Assembly (NCBI GenBank): GCA_038235845.1
Contig: JBBSTN010000001.1
Location: 1 to 59,876, forward strand
DNA length: 59,876 nt
DNA from: Gemmatimonadales bacterium
GTDB lineage: Bacteria > Gemmatimonadota > Gemmatimonadetes > Gemmatimonadales > Gemmatimonadaceae
Direction of reading: 5' to 3'
Shown: positions 10,076 through 19,652 of the stretch, piece by piece
Layout of the letters: each line of letters begins with the position of its first letter
Numbering within the stretch: position 1 is the first letter of the stretch
Made by a program: the position numbers and the translations under genes
The notes under the pieces: generated by a model
Database searches by the model: none
What the model was told of the DNA's origin: nothing
Seen by the model: the letters and a program-made list of their open reading frames with translations, nothing else

Positions 10076-12904
10076 GTGAATTACATATTCGCCAAATCCG
10101 ACTTGAAAAGCTTGTTGATCGCGACCCTGGCCATGCTAGTGTCGCCTTTTGCTGCCGCGCAGCCACTCTGGTCGCAGCCTCCAACATGGGTATCATCCGC
10201 AGACAGCACTAGGCCAGCGGGCGCGAAGGACACGAGCGCCCATAGCGCCGATGCGCGGGTAAAGCCGCTGAGCTCCAATGCCGCCCATGCTGCCGCGCCC
10301 ACCATCTCCGCCAAGGGCATAAAGCGCGCGGTGAGCATAGATGGTCGCCTCGACGATGAAGCCTGGGCCGACGCGCAGATCGCCTCGGAGTTCCGGCAAA
10401 CCGATCCCATCGACGGCGGCACCCCCAGCCAGCGAACCGAAGTCCGCATTCTTTATGACGACGCGGCGATTTACATCGGTGCGCGCCTATACGACTCCAC
10501 CGGAAAAATTTCATCCCGTCTGGGTCGTCGAGACGCCGACCTTAATGATTCCGACTGGTTCATCGTCGTTCTCGACAGCTATCACGACCACACCGGCGGA
10601 TTCCGCTTCAAGGTCAACCCCGCCGGGATTATCGGAGACGAGGCCAACGGCGATCGCGGTTGGAACCCTGTGTGGACGGTCGCCACATCGGTGGATGGCA
10701 CAGGCTGGACGGCAGAAATTCGCATTCCTTTCAGCCAGCTGCGCTTCAGCCCAGCTGATCAGCAGGTGTGGGGCGTGCAATTCTATCGGGAAATCCGCGC
10801 TACCGCGGAAAAGCTCGTGTTTTCCTACTCCCCAAAGAGTGATCGCGGTGGCCCATCACGATTCGGTCATCTGCTCGGCCTGCAGGATATCAAGCGAGGA
10901 AAAACCCTCGAAGTGCTTCCCTACGTCTCGGCCAGCGCCCAGTTCCGGGAGGTGCCGGTTTCGGCCAACACAAGCTTCAACAACCCGTTTCGGGACGGCA
11001 GCGATTTCGCGCGTCAAGTTGGGGCAGACATCAAGTATCGGCTCACGTCGAATTTCACACTGGATGCCACTCTCAATCCTGATTTCGGCCAGATCGAAGC
11101 GGACGAGTCGCAGGTAAACCTCAGCGCAAACGAGCTTTTCCTTCGCGAACAGCGACCGTTTTTTGTCGAAGGTAGCAGCACCTTTCGCTTCGGCACCGGC
11201 GTGGGTGGAGGCGGTTTCGGAGGGTTTGGTGGGGGCGGGGGCGGGGGAGGGGGAGGAATGTCACAGCTTCTCTATTCCCGCAGAATTGGCCGTGCACCAC
11301 AGGGTTCTGTACCGTCGGCCAGCCGATACTCCAACATCCCAGAGGCGACCACAATTCTTGGCGCTGCGAAGATCACCGGCCGAACGGCCAAGGGCTGGTC
11401 GCTAGGAATAATGGAAGCGGTTACGGGAAGTCAGGAGGCGCCTTGGGTAGACAGCGTTGCCAACCGTTTCACCACTCAGGTCGAGCCAAACAGCAACTAC
11501 TTCGTCGCGCGGGTAAAGAAAGATCTTCGGGAAGGGCAGAGTAACGTCGGCGTCATATTCACCTCCGTTCATCGCCAGCTCGGCGACTCCGCACTCGCTC
11601 AGCGGCTCCGGTCGTCCGCCTACGTTTCAGGTCTCGACTTCGGACATCTGTTCGCGCATCGCACGTGGGAATTCAGTGGTTCCGTTGTCGGCTCGCTTAT
11701 CGACGGAGACAGCACTGTAATCATCAGCGCTCAGCGGGCCTCTTCACGATTTTTTAACCGACCGGATGCGTCTTACCTCGACGTAGACTCGACGCTTACA
11801 CAACTGCGCGGTTGGACCGGTTCACTCGGCCTGAGCAAGAACAATGGCTTGCACTGGACCGGCAATGTTCGTGTAAATGCGGTCTCGCCCGGCTATGAAA
11901 TCAACGACCTTGGTTTTCTCAGCACGTCCGACCGGGTGACTGTGAACGGCGGACTAAACTACGACGAAAACCAGCCGGGAAAACGTTTTCGCAAATGGGG
12001 AATGGGCTTAAGACCCGAGGTAAAGACCAATTTCGGCGGCGACGTCGTGAACCGGGTTATGAGGGGAGACGTTGACGCACAGCTGCTCAACTTCATCGGC
12101 GGTCGACTCAATCTTTCGCACGACTTCAGTTCTCTCGACGACCGGCTTACGCGGGGTGGGCCGCTGTCAATGTCTGTGCCGTCCAACAACATCAGCTTCA
12201 ACGTTTACAGCGATGGACGGAAGCCATACACCTGGAATGTGTCGGCAAGCGAGCGCTGGGACGAGGCAGGGGGCTGGGGACAGTCGCGGGAAATCAAGTT
12301 CGGCTTCAAGCCGTCCGACTGGTGGAGCGGTGAAGTCGGCCCGAAGTACAACCGGAATTTCGGCACTGCGCAGTACATCACGAGCGTTCGCGACACAACG
12401 GCTCGTAGTACGTTCGGCCGGCGGTACATCTTCTCCGAAATCAACCAGACTACGGTGTCGCTGCAGACGCGTCTTAACCTGACGATGTCGCCTCGTCTCA
12501 CATTCGCGCTCGTGGCCGAGCCTTTTGTCGCGAGCGGCAAGTATGGAACGCCAAAGCAACTTCGCGCGCCACGGCAATTCGAGTTCGACACGTATGGCGT
12601 GGATGCGGGAACAGTCGCTGTTGATACCTTGTCGGGCGCATATACTATCGATCCCGACGGCAAAGGTCCGGCTGCTGCGTTCACCGTAAGCGATAGAAGC
12701 TTCAATACACGGTCGATGAACGCAACTGGCAATCTGAGATGGGAATGGCGCCCCGGCTCCACGCTGTTTCTCGTGTGGCAACATCGTCGCTCCAACCCGG
12801 CAGCGTTTGGCAATTTCGACTTCAACCGCGACTTTCGCGGCATCTTCGGAAATCGATCGGAGAACATCTTCCTGTTCAAGGTGAGCTACTGGCTTAATCC
12901 CTAG
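10076..12904 (+). CDS. CBM9-like plus DUF5916 domain outer-membrane protein
   Basis: IDGRLDDEAW, WTAEIRIPFSQLRF, TLNPDFGQIEAD, EQRPFFVEG and YSRRIGR; C-terminal FKVSYW; signal peptide. Confidence 0.9.
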   Translation: MNYIFAKSDLKSLLIATLAMLVSPFAAAQPLWSQPPTWVSSADSTRPAGAKDTSAHSADARVKPLSSNAAHAAAPTISAKGIKRAVSIDGRLDDEAWADAQIASEFRQTDPIDGGTPSQRTEVRILYDDAAIYIGARLYDSTGKISSRLGRRDADLNDSDWFIVVLDSYHDHTGGFRFKVNPAGIIGDEANGDRGWNPVWTVATSVDGTGWTAEIRIPFSQLRFSPADQQVWGVQFYREIRATAEKLVFSYSPKSDRGGPSRFGHLLGLQDIKRGKTLEVLPYVSASAQFREVPVSANTSFNNPFRDGSDFARQVGADIKYRLTSNFTLDATLNPDFGQIEADESQVNLSANELFLREQRPFFVEGSSTFRFGTGVGGGGFGGFGGGGGGGGGGMSQLLYSRRIGRAPQGSVPSASRYSNIPEATTILGAAKITGRTAKGWSLGIMEAVTGSQEAPWVDSVANRFTTQVEPNSNYFVARVKKDLREGQSNVGVIFTSVHRQLGDSALAQRLRSSAYVSGLDFGHLFAHRTWEFSGSVVGSLIDGDSTVIISAQRASSRFFNRPDASYLDVDSTLTQLRGWTGSLGLSKNNGLHWTGNVRVNAVSPGYEINDLGFLSTSDRVTVNGGLNYDENQPGKRFRKWGMGLRPEVKTNFGGDVVNRVMRGDVDAQLLNFIGGRLNLSHDFSSLDDRLTRGGPLSMSVPSNNISFNVYSDGRKPYTWNVSASERWDEAGGWGQSREIKFGFKPSDWWSGEVGPKYNRNFGTAQYITSVRDTTARSTFGRRYIFSEINQTTVSLQTRLNLTMSPRLTFALVAEPFVASGKYGTPKQLRAPRQFEFDTYGVDAGTVAVDTLSGAYTIDPDGKGPAAAFTVSDRSFNTRSMNATGNLRWEWRPGSTLFLVWQHRRSNPAAFGNFDFNRDFRGIFGNRSENIFLFKVSYWLNP

Positions 12905-13033
12905 TCACCAAGGGAACTCTTGACGACGCTCGGTCCGCGATGCGACTTACGGACATCGCGCTCGCAGTTTTCACTTAATGTCGCCGAGCGAGTGAGTACT
13001 GCACGAGCGGAGGCGAACCCCCGGGGAGGTTAA

Positions 13034-13315
13034 ATGACGGCATTGCCCAGGCCAGAGGCCGAAGCCCGCATCGCCAAGGTGCTTCTCGATCAGTGGGACC
13101 CGTTATCAGTGCATGAAGCGCCGGGAGAGCACCACGAGTACGATCTCCAGACCCATACTATTTACGACCTGCTGGCCAGGGGTGCATCTGACATTCAGGT
13201 GGAACGGCTCCTTCGCCATGTGGAGAAGGACGTGTTTGGTCACGCCGAGCTGGCTACGAGAGATATCAAGCCGGTAATCGAGGCACTCCGGGAACTTGAG
13301 CGCACGATCATCTAG
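13034..13315 (+). CDS. Small hypothetical protein, DUF1871/YugE-like
   Basis: WDP...EYD motif; strong GGAGG RBS. Confidence 0.6.
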   Translation: MTALPRPEAEARIAKVLLDQWDPLSVHEAPGEHHEYDLQTHTIYDLLARGASDIQVERLLRHVEKDVFGHAELATRDIKPVIEALRELERTII

Positions 13316-13401
13316 TGGAATACGATTTCGCCGTGCAGTTCGCTCGAATGCGAAAGCGGTCGACTCGACCAGATTCTCCACACTTGACGGGAAATCCAAG
13401 C

Positions 13402-13914
13402 ATGCCGAAGTTCCGCCGCGAGCGTTTCACATCGAAGACATGGCTGGAACGATCGATAGTTGCGCTGGTATTTGCGACGATCTTACTTCCGACGCCGACT
13501 ACAACGCTTCTCGCCCAGGCATCAAATCCGCGGTTCGGCCAATGGCGCCTAAAATCGGACGCACCTGCTCCTGCCAGCAACGTCATGACGTATGAAGCGT
13601 TCGGAAACAGCGGCATGAGAGTCACTATTCAATCTGTGAATGCCCGGAGCGACACGACGCGTTGGTGGTATACCACCAATTTCGATGGGAAGGATATGCC
13701 CGTTACCGGCAACGCGGGACAGACACATGCGTCGGTGCGTGTTATCGACCAGTACATCAACGAGATCATCAACAAGAAGGAGGGACGTGTGACGACTCGA
13801 TTAACCAACGTGCTCTCGCCCGACGGTCAGACTCTGGCGGTGATCTACATGCGCGACGACGGTAACGGCAAAACTTCCGGCGTCACGTTTGCCACGTACG
13901 AGCGTATCCGCTGA
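13402..13914 (+). CDS. Hypothetical secreted beta-rich protein
   Basis: Signal-like segment then FGQWRL...FDGKD...LSPDGQTL; start uncertain. Confidence 0.6.
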   Translation: MPKFRRERFTSKTWLERSIVALVFATILLPTPTTTLLAQASNPRFGQWRLKSDAPAPASNVMTYEAFGNSGMRVTIQSVNARSDTTRWWYTTNFDGKDMPVTGNAGQTHASVRVIDQYINEIINKKEGRVTTRLTNVLSPDGQTLAVIYMRDDGNGKTSGVTFATYERIR

Positions 13915-13924
13915 AGCTCGGATT

Positions 13925-13944
13925 ACAGCAGATGTTTCTGCTGT
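13925..13944. terminator. Hairpin between convergent genes
   Basis: ACAGCAGA-TGTT-TCTGCTGT, a perfect 8-bp stem; no strong U-tract. Confidence 0.5.
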
Positions 13945-13953
13945 GCCTCATGC

Positions 13954-14241
13954 TCACACAAGCTCGTAGCGGGAGACTTCGATCTGGTCTTCATGCTCTC
14001 TCGCTTTCGACAAATCATGCGCCAGTTGCATCTGCAGCCATGTCTCGGGAGTACTCCCGAACGCTTTAGACAGGCGGATGGCCATATCGGGGCTGATTCC
14101 ACTTTTCTCGTTTACGATCTTGCTGAGTGTCACGCGGGTAACGCCCAATATCTTTGCTGCCTGTGTGATCGTTAGATCCAGCGCGTCCAGACATGCGCTC
14201 TGGACAATCCGACCCGGATGAACCGGATTCTTCATAGCCAT
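13954..14241 (-). CDS. higA: HigA family antitoxin (HTH XRE)
   Basis: MKNPVHPG, ISPDMAIRLSKAFG and PETWLQMQ; GGAG RBS. Confidence 0.95.
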   Translation of the reverse strand: MAMKNPVHPGRIVQSACLDALDLTITQAAKILGVTRVTLSKIVNEKSGISPDMAIRLSKAFGSTPETWLQMQLAHDLSKAREHEDQIEVSRYELV

Positions 14242-14278
14242 TTCTGATCCTTCTCCAGTTCTAAGCAGCCGTTTTCCT

Positions 14279-14556
14279 TCAGTGATAGTCGGTCAGCTCC
14301 ACGTCGAACGCGTCGCCTTCTTCGAAACGGAAGATGATGCGCCAATTAGCCCGCACCGTCATCGACCAGTGGCCCTTCAGCTCGCCCTTCAGGGCGTGCA
14401 ATCGATAGCCGGGAAGATTGAGTGCCTGGACCGAACTTGCGATATCGATCAGCGAGAGAATTCCCTCGACATTGCGCAGCAAATCGGCCCAATCAGACTT
14501 TTGTCGCCTTTTTCGTAAAGGCGCTTCAACCCTTTATGCTTGAAATTACGGATCAT
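14279..14556 (-). pseudogene. higB: HigB/RelE toxin with a 1-nt frameshift near 14485
   Basis: MIRNFKHKGLKRLYEKGDKSLIGP in one frame continues as LLRNVEGIL...LHALKGELKGHWSMTVRANWRIIFRF...DYH in another. Confidence 0.88.
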
Positions 14557-14565
14557 ATCTACCTC

Positions 14566-14594
14566 AGTGTATAGCGCCAATATACAGTTGTCAA
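14566..14594 (-). promoter_or_regulatory. Sigma70 promoter of higBA with overlapping palindromic operator
   Basis: TTGACA (14594-14589), 17 nt, TACACT (14571-14566); inverted repeat TGTATA-N7-TATACA at 14568-14586. Confidence 0.8.
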
Positions 14595-14934
14595 TCAGGA
14601 ATCTTATGAATGCCCGAGGTATGGAACACCCCCTCGAAGCGCCGAAGGGGGCACTGGTGGACCGGTGTCGCAGATATTCGATGGAGTTTCGGCCGGAAAA
14701 GGGCAAAAGGTCGTGAAAAGCGGATCGGCGACTAGGTAGGTAGTACCTGGCAGATCGGCAAGAGCTGACAGAACGGTTGCCGTAGGTTCCCGTCGTCGTC
14801 TTCTTGTCGCGCCACTTCACAACCAGCTTTGACCTCTCCCCAGCGCCGGCGCGTCCATTGTTTCCCGATGAACGCCGGAAAAACTCCGACGCCAGCAAGA
14901 GTCGCTCTGGGTACGTGCGACCGCCCTGCGCGGA

Positions 14935-15405
14935 TCAATCCTGCATACGAGCCTGCCCGGGTTGCAATGGCCGACAATGCGAAACCAAGGACGGGACGTT
15001 TCCGGCTCCGAAGTCGACCTTAGCCGACCCATTCAATAGGCAGTCGACAAAGACCTGCTCACGCTGTCGCTGCAAATACGCAAGGCCAATCCAGAGCATG
15101 GAGGCGAAAAGCGCCCCCGCGCGCAGCTTTGAAAAATTGGTGTCCCAAATCGCGCCACGCAGACCGGACAGCCGCTCTGCGACCAGCACGCCAATCATAA
15201 AAGCTCCTTGAAAGAAGCACCCGATGACAATCGCGCCCAGGACGCGGACACCCCAGTCATATTGGGCAGTCCAAAACAGCGCTGCGTATCCGCCCATGAG
15301 AATTGCCGCCGCGCTAGCAAGCACGACCCGCCCAATCCGTGAGGCTCGGCTGCGCGTCGACGCGTCCGGTACGGCCGACGCTTCTACTTCTTCGACACCA
15401 CCCAT
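14935..15405 (-). CDS. Hypothetical membrane protein
   Basis: ATG-started 156-aa ORF with three hydrophobic segments; no family recognised. Confidence 0.5.
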   Translation of the reverse strand: MGGVEEVEASAVPDASTRSRASRIGRVVLASAAAILMGGYAALFWTAQYDWGVRVLGAIVIGCFFQGAFMIGVLVAERLSGLRGAIWDTNFSKLRAGALFASMLWIGLAYLQRQREQVFVDCLLNGSAKVDFGAGNVPSLVSHCRPLQPGQARMQD

Positions 15406-15425
15406 TTGGTCTTATCTTTGGAGAT

Positions 15426-15973
15426 ATGGTGAAGATCACTCGATCATTCTTTTTGCTATTCACCTGCCTTGCGCTTCCTGCCATTGCGCAAGGTCAGGTA
15501 AAACCAGCGATGACCACTTCCGACATTCGAGACATCGTTGAAAGTCGTTTATCATAGCGTCAAAAGATTCCCTGCTTATGAAGGGGGGCAATAAAGACGA
15601 GAAGCCGATGGTCGATGTGAAATTGAGTCTGGAAAAACTCATTACAGCAACAAGCTCCGACGCACGCCCTCAAAACGTTGAGATCGCACTGCCTGAGGAG
15701 TTCTCGTCTTCCACCTTCAGTAGTTTCTTTTCCTGCCCCGAACCCCACCCCCGCCGATCCTGCCCAATTCGTCGCAGCGGACGATTCATGGCAATATGGG
15801 GTGCAGTCAGCAACAACTCTGGAGACGAACTGACTATACTTTTGGCCGCGCACTCAAAAAGCGATGAGGACCGTGGTGACGGTCGGATAATCGCGCGTGA
15901 AGTTGTCTTTCACAAAGCTGCGAATGGTCGCTGGACTCTTAAAGCCGGAAGGGTGGTCTACCAAGTGTCATAA
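15426..15973 (+). pseudogene. Hypothetical secreted protein, apparently split by a 1-nt frameshift near 15541
   Basis: GGAG RBS, then ATG 15426 and signal peptide MVKITRSFFLLFTCLALPAIA, stopping at 15557. A second frame opens at 15542 and runs to 15973. Confidence 0.55.
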
Positions 15974-16056
15974 CGAGTCGTGCCTGACACCCTCATGCGG
16001 TTAACACTAGCGGGGAACAGTCGTCAAACAGGGTAACCCAACCCATCGACGAAACC

Positions 16057-17022
16057 ATGACTGAGCACTCCCGGCCCACCCGATGCACCAGCACGACCGC
16101 CTGGTCACTGCCGCAATGCCTGACGGCACTGGCGGTATCGTCGCTCATTGCATGTTCAGGCACTGCTCCGGTCGACAACAGCGACAATGTCCCGCCCAAG
16201 CAGGGCGACGTGGTGCTGCCCTCTGCCATCGATGCGCCAGGCGGCCCCGCGACATACAAAGGGCTTCCGCTTCGCCTGGTAGCGAACGCCGCTCCCACGG
16301 TCACTCCCGTCGAAGGAGTTATTGGCATCGTCTGCATCGGAATGAGCAACGCGACCCAGGAATGCAGTGAGTGGATTCGGCAGATTGCATCATCATGGAA
16401 ATCGGAAGTGAACGCCAATGTGCGGGTGGTCGACTGTGCGGTAGGTGGACACGCCATCGAGAAGTGGATCGATCCTCAATTCGACGCCACACTCTGGAAC
16501 GACTGCATCAATCGAAAGCTCCCGCAGGCTGGCCTCCGGCTGAATCAGGTACGCGTGATCTATCACAAGGCAGCAGACCAGTTCGGAGTGGAAGACGATG
16601 GCACGTCGCTCCCGTTTTATCCCTCACCCGACAGCGACTATCAGAACTTTCTCAATAACCTGACGGTCTTTTCGGCGCGCATCAAGCCGATGTTTCCCGC
16701 AGTGCAAGCCGTCTACACCAGCTCGAGAAGCTACGGCGGGTTTACCTCGAACCCGGCGCGAGGAGAGCCGCTGAGCTACGAGGAGGGACATGCGCTCAAT
16801 AGCTGGCTTTCGTCGCACGCTTCGGTGGGCGGCGTATGGTACGGCTGGGGGCCCTATCTCTGGGCGCCTCCCTGCGATAGCGGGAAAACCAACGGGACGG
16901 GCGTCTGTTATATCCGCAGCGACTATCAGGGAGACGGGGTACATCCGAGCGAAACGGGCCGACTCAAGATCGCGCGTGAGATTCACAGCTTTTTTCGCAC
17001 GCAAGCCTGGTACGGCATGTAA
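16057..17022 (+). CDS. SGNH-hydrolase-like lipoprotein
   Basis: Lipobox LIAC; IGMSN block I-like, AVGG and C-terminal DGVHP. Confidence 0.65.
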   Translation: MTEHSRPTRCTSTTAWSLPQCLTALAVSSLIACSGTAPVDNSDNVPPKQGDVVLPSAIDAPGGPATYKGLPLRLVANAAPTVTPVEGVIGIVCIGMSNATQECSEWIRQIASSWKSEVNANVRVVDCAVGGHAIEKWIDPQFDATLWNDCINRKLPQAGLRLNQVRVIYHKAADQFGVEDDGTSLPFYPSPDSDYQNFLNNLTVFSARIKPMFPAVQAVYTSSRSYGGFTSNPARGEPLSYEEGHALNSWLSSHASVGGVWYGWGPYLWAPPCDSGKTNGTGVCYIRSDYQGDGVHPSETGRLKIAREIHSFFRTQAWYGM

Positions 17023-17149
17023 AGCCATGAGCCACATGGCGAGCCAATGGGAACGTGGCTAGTCTTACAGTATCGCCGAACGCGACGGTAACGCGCTGGC
17101 GCCCGCGCGACTACTCGCTCGCAACCAACTCGTCATCGCGCATTCGCCT

Positions 17150-17707
17150 GTGACCACTTTTTTCCTCACCTGCGCCGTTCTGGGCGGCGTGATCATGGTT
17201 GCGCAACTTCTGCTCGGCGCACTAGGGGCCGATGGACATGACGCTGCCGACCACGACTCACCTTCAGACGGCGCCAGCGACGGGCTTCAACTTTTTAGCG
17301 TCCGGGCCCTCAGCGCGGGTACCGCATTCTTTGGCATCGGTGGCCTCGGCGCTTCCGCGGCGGGAGCCCCCACAATTCTCGCGCTTCCCGCAGGCGCACT
17401 CCTCGGCGCGTCGGCCATGTTTGTGGTCGCGTATGCCATGCGTACCATGCTCAGAATGGAGAGGGACGCAACCGTGCAGGTCGAGCGAGCCGTTGGATTG
17501 ACTGCAACCGTCTACGTGCCAGTGCCACCTGCCCTGGCTGGCGTGGGCAAGGTGCTGCTTACCCAGCGCGGACGAACCGTCGAGTACCAGGCCGTTACAG
17601 CGGGTGACTTGCCACTTGCTACCGGTGATACCGTAGTAGTGGTGGACGTTCGCGAACAGGATATTCTGGAAGTCGTAACTCTTCCCTCTCTTGATGGAGT
17701 TCTTTAA
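17150..17707 (+). CDS. NfeD-like membrane protein (flotillin partner)
   Basis: Three TM segments plus OB-fold-like C-terminus (VGLTATVYVPVP...GKV); stop overlaps the flotillin start. Confidence 0.85.
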   Translation: MTTFFLTCAVLGGVIMVAQLLLGALGADGHDAADHDSPSDGASDGLQLFSVRALSAGTAFFGIGGLGASAAGAPTILALPAGALLGASAMFVVAYAMRTMLRMERDATVQVERAVGLTATVYVPVPPALAGVGKVLLTQRGRTVEYQAVTAGDLPLATGDTVVVVDVREQDILEVVTLPSLDGVL

Positions 17708-19554
17708 TGCCGCTTAGTGCCTCTCTTGCAATCCTTCAATCGTCACCGGGCGACCTCCTGAGTGGACTTGGAATTGCCGCTATTGGTGGCGTGCTCGCGC
17801 TGGCACTCTTCCTCGGCCTCATAATGCTTTTCGTGGCACGCTATAAAAGATGTCCGGCAAATCGCGTTCTCGTCATCTCGGGTCGCGTAGGCGGAGAGGA
17901 GTCTGCGCGCTGCATATCGGGTGGTGGCGCATTTGTGTGGCCAGTCATTCAGGAATACGAATATCTGTCGCTCGAGCCGATGCAGATCAACATACCGCTC
18001 AAGGACGCGCTCTCCTTCGAGAATATCCGCGTGCCAGTGCCAAGCGTTTTTACGGTGGCTGTTGGCTCGGAATCCGAAGTTCGGCAAAACGCTGCCATGC
18101 GACTGCTCGGCCGGCCGCAGGACGCAATAATGAAGGACGCACAGGACATCATCTTCGGTCAGCTTCGCCAGGTCATCGCTTCGATGACCATCGATCAGAT
18201 CAATCGCGACCGTGACGGGTTCCTGCACAAGATCCAGCTGTCTCTCGAGCCCGAACTCAAGAAGATCGGTCTGGTGCTCATCAACGTGAATATCCACGAC
18301 CTGCGTGACGAAAGTGGATACATCGAGGCCATAGGCCGAAAGGCTGCAGCGACGGCAGTTCAACAGGCACGTGGCGACGTGGCCGATCAGGAGCGAATGG
18401 GTGAAGTGAGGGTGGCCGAGGCGGAGCGCGAGAAGTTTGTGCTCGTGGCAAACGCCGCGAAGGAGAAGGCGATTGGCCTCGCGCTCGCTGATCGCGAGCG
18501 CGCCGTTCGACTGGCAGAACTCGATAAGGAACGTCAGGTGGGCGAGCAGCTTGCGGTCCTCGAACGAGACGCATCTGTAAAAGACGCCCAGCGCTTGCAG
18601 GCTGTCCAGATCGCCATGTTCGACAAGGAGCAGCGCATTGGTGAGCAGACGGCGATGTTCGAGCGCGAGGCAATGGTCAAGGAGGCCGAACAGCGTAAAC
18701 GCATTGCGGTTGCCGACGCCGATGCGCGTGCAATAGCCGGTGAGGCCGACTCCCAGGCCAAGATCGTAGCTACACAGGCGCAGCTTTCGCTGCGTAAAGC
18801 CGAAGCCTATCAGCTCACCGAAACCAAAAAGCGTGAAGCTGAAGCGGCGGTTGTGGAAGCGGAAAACCGCGCTCAAACGCGCGCCGCTGTGGCCGATGCC
18901 GAACGAGTGGAAGCTGAGCAGCGTGCCCGTCTCGAAGCACCTGCGAAGGCAGAAAAAGCCCGAACCATTGTTGAGGCAGAGGCTGCCGGCGAGCGGCAGC
19001 GCATAGGTGCATTGGCCGATGCCGCTGCGATATTTGCCCGGCTGGATGCTCAGGCGCGCGGCGAGTACGAGGTACTCTCAAAGCGAGCCGAAGCTCTTGG
19101 TCAACTCGTCGATAAGGCCGGCGGTGCGAGAGAGGCCTTTCAACTCCTGATGGTCGAGCAGATTCCTGTTCTAGCGGAGACGGCGGCGAAAGCCATCTCC
19201 AATATCAAGTTCGATAAGGTGGTTGTCTGGGACGGTGGTAACTCCTCTGGGCAGACCGGCACCGCCGGTTTCATCCAGAACATGGCCAAGAGCATGCCGC
19301 CGATGATGGATGTGCTCCGCTCGGTGGCCGGCGTTGAGTTGCCGGCATTCCTGGGGACCATGGCTGAGGACGACGCCTCCTCCGACAAGAAAGCTGAGAA
19401 GAAGGTTGAAAAGAACGGCGGAAAGAACAGCGAGAGCAATGGCGACGCGGTGACACCGTCCAGAGTGGCGCCGTCGAGAGTGGTGCCGTCGCTCCTGAAA
19501 GTTGATGACGATGGAACGCTCACGCTGAGCGACGGTGGGAAACCGAACCCCTGA
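17707..19554 (+). CDS. Flotillin/SPFH domain protein
   Basis: RYKRCPAN, GGGAFVWPVIQ, GQLRQVIA, AEA-rich coiled coil and NIKFDKVVVWD. Confidence 0.93.
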   Translation: MPLSASLAILQSSPGDLLSGLGIAAIGGVLALALFLGLIMLFVARYKRCPANRVLVISGRVGGEESARCISGGGAFVWPVIQEYEYLSLEPMQINIPLKDALSFENIRVPVPSVFTVAVGSESEVRQNAAMRLLGRPQDAIMKDAQDIIFGQLRQVIASMTIDQINRDRDGFLHKIQLSLEPELKKIGLVLINVNIHDLRDESGYIEAIGRKAAATAVQQARGDVADQERMGEVRVAEAEREKFVLVANAAKEKAIGLALADRERAVRLAELDKERQVGEQLAVLERDASVKDAQRLQAVQIAMFDKEQRIGEQTAMFEREAMVKEAEQRKRIAVADADARAIAGEADSQAKIVATQAQLSLRKAEAYQLTETKKREAEAAVVEAENRAQTRAAVADAERVEAEQRARLEAPAKAEKARTIVEAEAAGERQRIGALADAAAIFARLDAQARGEYEVLSKRAEALGQLVDKAGGAREAFQLLMVEQIPVLAETAAKAISNIKFDKVVVWDGGNSSGQTGTAGFIQNMAKSMPPMMDVLRSVAGVELPAFLGTMAEDDASSDKKAEKKVEKNGGKNSESNGDAVTPSRVAPSRVVPSLLKVDDDGTLTLSDGGKPNP

Positions 19555-19652
19555 CAAAAGCGGGATGGAGTGACGCAACGGCCGGTGCCAGACTCGCGGG
19601 CCGGAGTGCGACGCAGGCAGTAACGAGAGTAGCAGTTACCGGCTGGGATCGA

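Noticed and set aside
14566-14587. LexA/SOS box (CTGTATAT...) at the higBA promoter
   Set aside because: Spacing is CTGT-N13-ACAC, not CTGT-N8-ACAG; better explained as a HigA operator.
14449-14898. 149-aa minus-strand ORF as a real gene
   Set aside because: Only the part from 14556 matches HigB; the upstream part runs through the higBA promoter and has no recognisable features.
17743-18876. Long antisense ORFs (also 25013-25852 and 51418-52170)
   Set aside because: They shadow well-supported genes on the other strand, as expected in GC-rich DNA, and show no motifs.
19450-19491. 15-bp repeats at the flotillin 3' end (VTPSR VAPSR VVPS)
   Set aside because: In-frame low-complexity tail duplication with no spacers; not CRISPR or a mobile element end.
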